This document shows positions 63,527 to 64,000 of a stretch of DNA of 64,000 bases, in pieces. The number at the start of each line of letters is the position of its first letter. Position 1 is the first letter of the stretch. The translations under genes were made by a program, and so were the position numbers. The notes beneath the pieces are model-generated. The model worked only from the letters and a program-made list of their open reading frames with translations. It was not told the origin of the DNA and did not search any database. Location of the stretch: the IMG/VR virus record IMGVR_UViG_3300032235_000911, positions 1 to 64,000 of that record. One strand, 5' to 3'. This DNA is from a virus.

Positions 63527-64000
63527 TTATTTTTCTAAATTATTTTTTAAAATAGGAACTCTATTATACTGATGAACTATGAAAAATTCATCAGTATTTT
63601 GATTTAAAACTCTATCTGATATTATTTTTGGTTGTGGCTCTAAAATATATTTAGAAAAATTAAATGGCGAAACTTCCATTTTTGTTGGATCTAATGTTGT
63701 ACCGCACTGGCAGCACCAACCTGATGCGAAATCAGCAAAAAAAACCTCTTCTTTATAAGCAGTTTGTATCAAGAAGTTAAATGCAGCCTGATCCGGTGCA
63801 AAATATTTGTGTTCAACGCACATAGAAAAAATGTTCATGCATAAATCTTGTATGCGATTTTTTTCTCCGGCAAACGAACCAGCATTATAGCTTGGTTTAT
63901 CTTTTATAAAGTCAAAAAAATAACCAAAAGATTGTTTAAAATCATTTTCTGCCCATTTTTCATCTTTATATTTTATACATTCACTACCTGCTACTATTTT
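63527..64000 (-). CDS. GT-A-like glycosyltransferase/nucleotide-sugar transferase-related protein (5'-partial)
   Basis: The frame stays open upstream of the track start to the window edge (KIVAGSECIKYKDEKW...YNAGSFAG...). NAG, DQAAFN and IVHQY motifs resemble GT8-like enzymes. Confidence 0.6.
   Translation of the reverse strand, partial: KIVAGSECIKYKDEKWAENDFKQSFGYFFDFIKDKPSYNAGSFAGEKNRIQDLCMNIFSMCVEHKYFAPDQAAFNFLIQTAYKEEVFFADFASGWCCQCGTTLDPTKMEVSPFNFSKYILEPQPKIISDRVLNQNTDEFFIVHQYNRVPILKNNLEK

Noticed and set aside
1-64000. tRNA, rRNA, integrase/att sites or host chromosomal genes
   Set aside because: Intergenic gaps are at most ~110 nt and are explained by terminators and promoters; no cloverleaf, recombinase or housekeeping gene was seen.

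Overview
A 64 kb segment of a large, T4-like (myovirus-type) tailed bacteriophage genome. All credible genes (~52) lie on the minus strand, tightly packed, in the standard genetic code. In transcription order (right to left): glycosyltransferase/methyltransferase cluster, free-standing HNH endonuclease, FmdB zinc-ribbon protein, gp55-like late sigma factor, baseplate hub/spike/lysozyme genes, gp25- and gp6-like wedge proteins, large virion proteins, gp15-like tail completion protein, a block of Ser/Thr/Gly-rich fibre and spike paralogs including an autotransporter-passenger (PATR) protein, RuvC-like resolvase, DnaG-type primase, a single-chain Mre11/Rad50 (SbcD-SbcC) fusion, small membrane proteins, terminase large subunit and a gp20-like portal that runs off the left edge. 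I saw no tRNA, rRNA, CRISPR array, integrase or reverse transcriptase. Most notable: (1) the sigma factor ORF has a ~110-aa histone-H1-like/AT-hook N-terminal arm overprinted on the acidic tail of the upstream gene; (2) a [ST][AGS]S motif is pervasive in virion proteins of different folds next to phage glycosyltransferases (candidate virion O-glycosylation system); (3) an SGNH esterase, tail lysozyme and catalytically dead M15-like peptidase sit beside the central spike; (4) a split autotransporter passenger cassette appears to be used as a tail fibre; (5) the HNH gene is flanked by a recoded duplicate of its neighbour's N-terminus; (6) a CTAWWTA late-promoter motif occupies most intergenic gaps and is often interlocked with terminators. 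All family assignments come from motif recognition by eye; no database search was run.
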